Shown: in pieces, positions 20,427 through 23,409 of the stretch | How the letters are laid out: every line of letters starts with the position of its first letter | Numbering within the stretch: position 1 is the stretch's first letter | Assembly: GCA_030141605.1 (NCBI GenBank) | Contig: JAQGDQ010001849.1 | Span: 1 to 23,409, forward strand | Direction: 5' to 3' | Source: Tubiluchus corallicola | Lineage: Eukaryota; Animalia; Priapulida | DNA: 23,409 bases | Translations under genes and position numbers: made by a program | Notes under the pieces: model-generated | The model's input: the letters and a program-made list of their open reading frames with translations, nothing else | Told to the model about the DNA's origin: nothing | Database searches by the model: none

Positions 20427-23192
20427 ATGGCATTTAATCGACAACATGAACTAGACGATCATACCTTGCTACACAGTGATTGTAAGGAAAATGGAGATAT
20501 TAAACTAGCTGAAGATCTTATTCAAAAAGGTGCTGACGTTAATGCACTTGATGAGCGTGGATACACACCTCTGCATTACGCTTGTGAAAATGTGAATCTG
20601 AACTTGGCTTCACTTCTTCTGTCTTACGGTTCATGTGTGAATGCTTGCACCAAAATTACTGCATCTCAATGTGTCAACGTGTCAATGTTACCAATACATG
20701 CTGTCTTTGACTGTTCAGAAAACACAGATGAAAAAACAGTTCACTCAATGGTGGAATTATTGTTAAACAATGGCTCTGATGTAAATGCCAATATGGCTTC
20801 CAACAGAGTTTACAATGAATCTCCATTACATCTTGCTGCACGTCGATCTTACCAAAGTGTTTTGAAATTGTTAATCAAAGAAGGTGCTGATATTAATCAG
20901 GTTGATGGTTATGGAAGAACTCCTCTTTGTTTAGCCACTTCACTTAAGTCTGAAATGATTGTGAAGTTATTAATTGATTGTGGTGCGAATGTAAACCAGG
21001 TTAATAAATATGGAAATTCTCCACTGTCTGCTGCAGTCTTTTGGTCTAAAGAAGAGATTGTGAAGTTACTAATTGACAAGGGCGCCAATGTAAATCAGGT
21101 TAATAAATATGGAAATTCTCCACTGTCTGCTGCAGTCTTTTGGTCTAAAGAAGAGATTGTGAAGTTACTAATTGACAAGGGCGCCAATGTAAATCAGGTT
21201 AATAAATATGGGGGTTCTCCACTAGGTAAGGCAGTCAGGCAATCTAACGAAGCGATTGTGAAGTTTTTAATTGATAATGGTGCCAATGTGAACCAGGTTG
21301 ATAAATTTGGAAATTCTCCACTAGCTCTGGCATTCAAAAAACGCAGTGAAGAGATTGTGAGGTTATTAATTAATCATGGTGCCGATGTAAACCATGTTGA
21401 TAAACACGGGAATTCTCCACTATCTTCTGCAATATTTTGGTCCAAAGAAGAAATTGTGAGCTTGTTAATTGATAGTGGTGCAACTGAAAATTTCAAAAAT
21501 TTGTTGCATGAGATCCAAGAACAATCACATTATATACTACAAGATTTCATTGAACGATCTAAACCTCTTATGAATGAAAACAATGATATTCTGAGGTTAC
21601 AATCAATAACACAGTTGTTTATTAGCAAAAGTGCGAATGTTAATAATACGGATGGGTGTGGAAGATCAGTGAAATATGCATTTCTCAATTTTCTTCTCCT
21701 AATGGCACTGTTTTTAAATGGCCAGAGAAACAAAAATGTGCTTTTTGCGGTTTATGCAGTTTTGAAGACAATACTAGAACTATTATTACATAACAAATTT
21801 GAAGATGTAGCTGATAAGAGTCACTCTCTTCTTCACCAACTTTGTTATTCACTTGAAACAGCAGCATCTGTAGTATTTAAGACAGACACCTGTAGGATTC
21901 ACGGAAACACAGAAGTTCTATCACCAACAGAGTTAGCAGTTGATTTCTATTTGGAAATGTTGGCACAATTAATTATTATACACGCAGATGATGAAAAGCA
22001 TTCTTCACCATATTTGATTCTTCAAAGCACTCAGGACATAATAGCAAAGTTACTCACCGATAAAGGTGTCGATGTATTTGATGAAAGCAAAGAAGACGAA
22101 TATTTGATGTATTCACAAGATGCTCAAAGTTATGAAACAAAAGCACAAAAAATAAAAACTGAAAATGGTTTCTTTATCACTGCAGGGTTTCACCAAGCTG
22201 AACATAAGTCTTTGCTTTCAACATTTTGCCTTTCACTTAAGATAATAATGTTGATGCTCTTTGACAAAGTGGCAGGAGCAAATCTTGCAAATGTGAATGG
22301 GAAATCCCTGCTGGATTTTGCAGTCAGTTTTTACTTTAAAGTAAAAATTCTGATGGCTAACCAGGATGAAGACCAGAGCAGTAACGCAAAGTGTTTTTTC
22401 AGTTCTGAAAATAAAACACAAACAAAATTGCCAAGTCAATTAAGAGAAAACAGTGAAAGAATCCGAGATGAAAATACACGTCATGGAGTGAGCAGTATAG
22501 AAGAAAAAGCAGGCATATTTGCAGCTCTGCTTCAACAAGCCAATATTTTAAACTTGTTACTCAATAAGGGGGCACGTTTTGTTGACGTTTTAACTCTGCG
22601 CACTGTACACAGTCCAGTTATGAATGTATTAATTAGCGAGATGCCGAATTTGCAAGACCTGTATGGCATGCTGAAAGTTTTATTTAAAAACCAACCGGGT
22701 CTCGATATCAATTTAGTTACCAGTGACGGAAAAACCGCTTTCAGCATTCTTTTTAACGAAGTCCTTCAGTACACGACGAGTAACTGGAGTTTGTGCAATT
22801 CTGTGTTGATGCAAATTTACAAGTTGTTCCTGGAGCATTGCTTGCACCTTGATGCTAAAGGACATGATGGAATGTCTAACTATGAGATGCTGAAAGAACT
22901 CATGCACCATGTTGGTTCACTTAGCAACATAACTAAAATCAGGAAAGAAATTATAAATGAAATGGAGAGTTCTTATCTTGCTTGTAAACTCGAGCTGAAA
23001 TGTTGTTGTGCAAGAGTCATAACTGCTAATAATGTTGATTACAGGAGTCTTCCCAGTAGTTTGAAAAGTTTTGTGGGGATGCATAATATGAATATAGATA
23101 TAGATATGAATCAATATCAGACTCATATGAATTCTTGTCAACAGCGACACAAAATCAGAGTCATTGTCAACAGCGATACAAATTGTACATGA
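20427..23192 (+). CDS. Ankyrin-repeat protein (921 aa) with C-terminal BC-box/SOCS-box-like motif, copy 2
   Basis: Mirror of 218-2983; differs at residue 296 (D vs N; 2098/21312) and residue 628 (Q vs L; 1101/22309). Confidence 0.93.
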   Translation: MAFNRQHELDDHTLLHSDCKENGDIKLAEDLIQKGADVNALDERGYTPLHYACENVNLNLASLLLSYGSCVNACTKITASQCVNVSMLPIHAVFDCSENTDEKTVHSMVELLLNNGSDVNANMASNRVYNESPLHLAARRSYQSVLKLLIKEGADINQVDGYGRTPLCLATSLKSEMIVKLLIDCGANVNQVNKYGNSPLSAAVFWSKEEIVKLLIDKGANVNQVNKYGNSPLSAAVFWSKEEIVKLLIDKGANVNQVNKYGGSPLGKAVRQSNEAIVKFLIDNGANVNQVDKFGNSPLALAFKKRSEEIVRLLINHGADVNHVDKHGNSPLSSAIFWSKEEIVSLLIDSGATENFKNLLHEIQEQSHYILQDFIERSKPLMNENNDILRLQSITQLFISKSANVNNTDGCGRSVKYAFLNFLLLMALFLNGQRNKNVLFAVYAVLKTILELLLHNKFEDVADKSHSLLHQLCYSLETAASVVFKTDTCRIHGNTEVLSPTELAVDFYLEMLAQLIIIHADDEKHSSPYLILQSTQDIIAKLLTDKGVDVFDESKEDEYLMYSQDAQSYETKAQKIKTENGFFITAGFHQAEHKSLLSTFCLSLKIIMLMLFDKVAGANLANVNGKSLLDFAVSFYFKVKILMANQDEDQSSNAKCFFSSENKTQTKLPSQLRENSERIRDENTRHGVSSIEEKAGIFAALLQQANILNLLLNKGARFVDVLTLRTVHSPVMNVLISEMPNLQDLYGMLKVLFKNQPGLDINLVTSDGKTAFSILFNEVLQYTTSNWSLCNSVLMQIYKLFLEHCLHLDAKGHDGMSNYEMLKELMHHVGSLSNITKIRKEIINEMESSYLACKLELKCCCARVITANNVDYRSLPSSLKSFVGMHNMNIDIDMNQYQTHMNSCQQRHKIRVIVNSDTNCT
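20997..21211 (+). repeat. Perfect 99-bp tandem duplication of one ankyrin repeat (copy 2)
   Basis: caggttaataaatatggaaattctcc...gccaatgtaaat occurs at 20997-21095 and 21096-21194, plus a 17-bp partial; encodes QVNKYGNSPLSAAVFWSKEEIVKLLIDKGANVN twice. Confidence 0.92.
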
Positions 23193-23409
23193 AGTCTAAT
23201 AGTAACAGGAGACACTCCCAGGTGTTTTCTAGCCACCATAAGTAGTTCAATACTGCTAAGGTAGGAAAAGCTAGAATGATTACATGAAAGCTACTGATAA
23301 ATAATGTATTGTCATTTATTTATACATAAGTAACAAATAATTTATAATTTTACTTGGTGTGGTGAATATTTGTAGGTGATTTGTGTAAAATTACCTGTAT
23401 GTAATTTAC

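Larger units (their letters stand above)
13000..23409. repeat. Right arm of giant inverted repeat (palindrome)
   Basis: Reverse complement of 1-10414; the window ends ...aaaattacctgtatgtaatttac, the reverse complement of the window start. The arms may extend beyond the window. Confidence 0.98.

Noticed and set aside
1-23409. Viral genome or DNA transposon with long terminal inverted repeats; CRISPR or other prokaryotic system
   Set aside because: No transposase, polymerase, capsid gene or repeat-spacer array; the content is intron-containing animal genes.

Overview
AT-rich animal genomic DNA (spliceosomal introns, EGF exons, a LINE fragment) arranged as one giant inverted repeat. The two ~10.4 kb arms (1-10414 and 13000-23409) are near-identical by eye, with about 20 clustered differences and one 4-bp indel, and flank a 2585-bp spacer. 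Each arm carries, pointing away from the centre: (i) the 3' exons of a tandem-EGF gene, (ii) a trypsin-fold protease(-homolog) pseudogene with a 5'-truncated LINE fragment inside one exon, and (iii) an intact 921-aa ankyrin-repeat protein with a C-terminal BC/SOCS-box-like motif, encoded in one coding exon. The spacer holds more phase-1 EGF exons of the same gene on the minus strand: three intact, two half-exon remnants and a direct duplication. No 5' (signal peptide) exon of the EGF gene is visible. All alignments were done by eye, and an assembly artefact (fold-back chimera or two haplotypes joined head to head) cannot be excluded from sequence alone.
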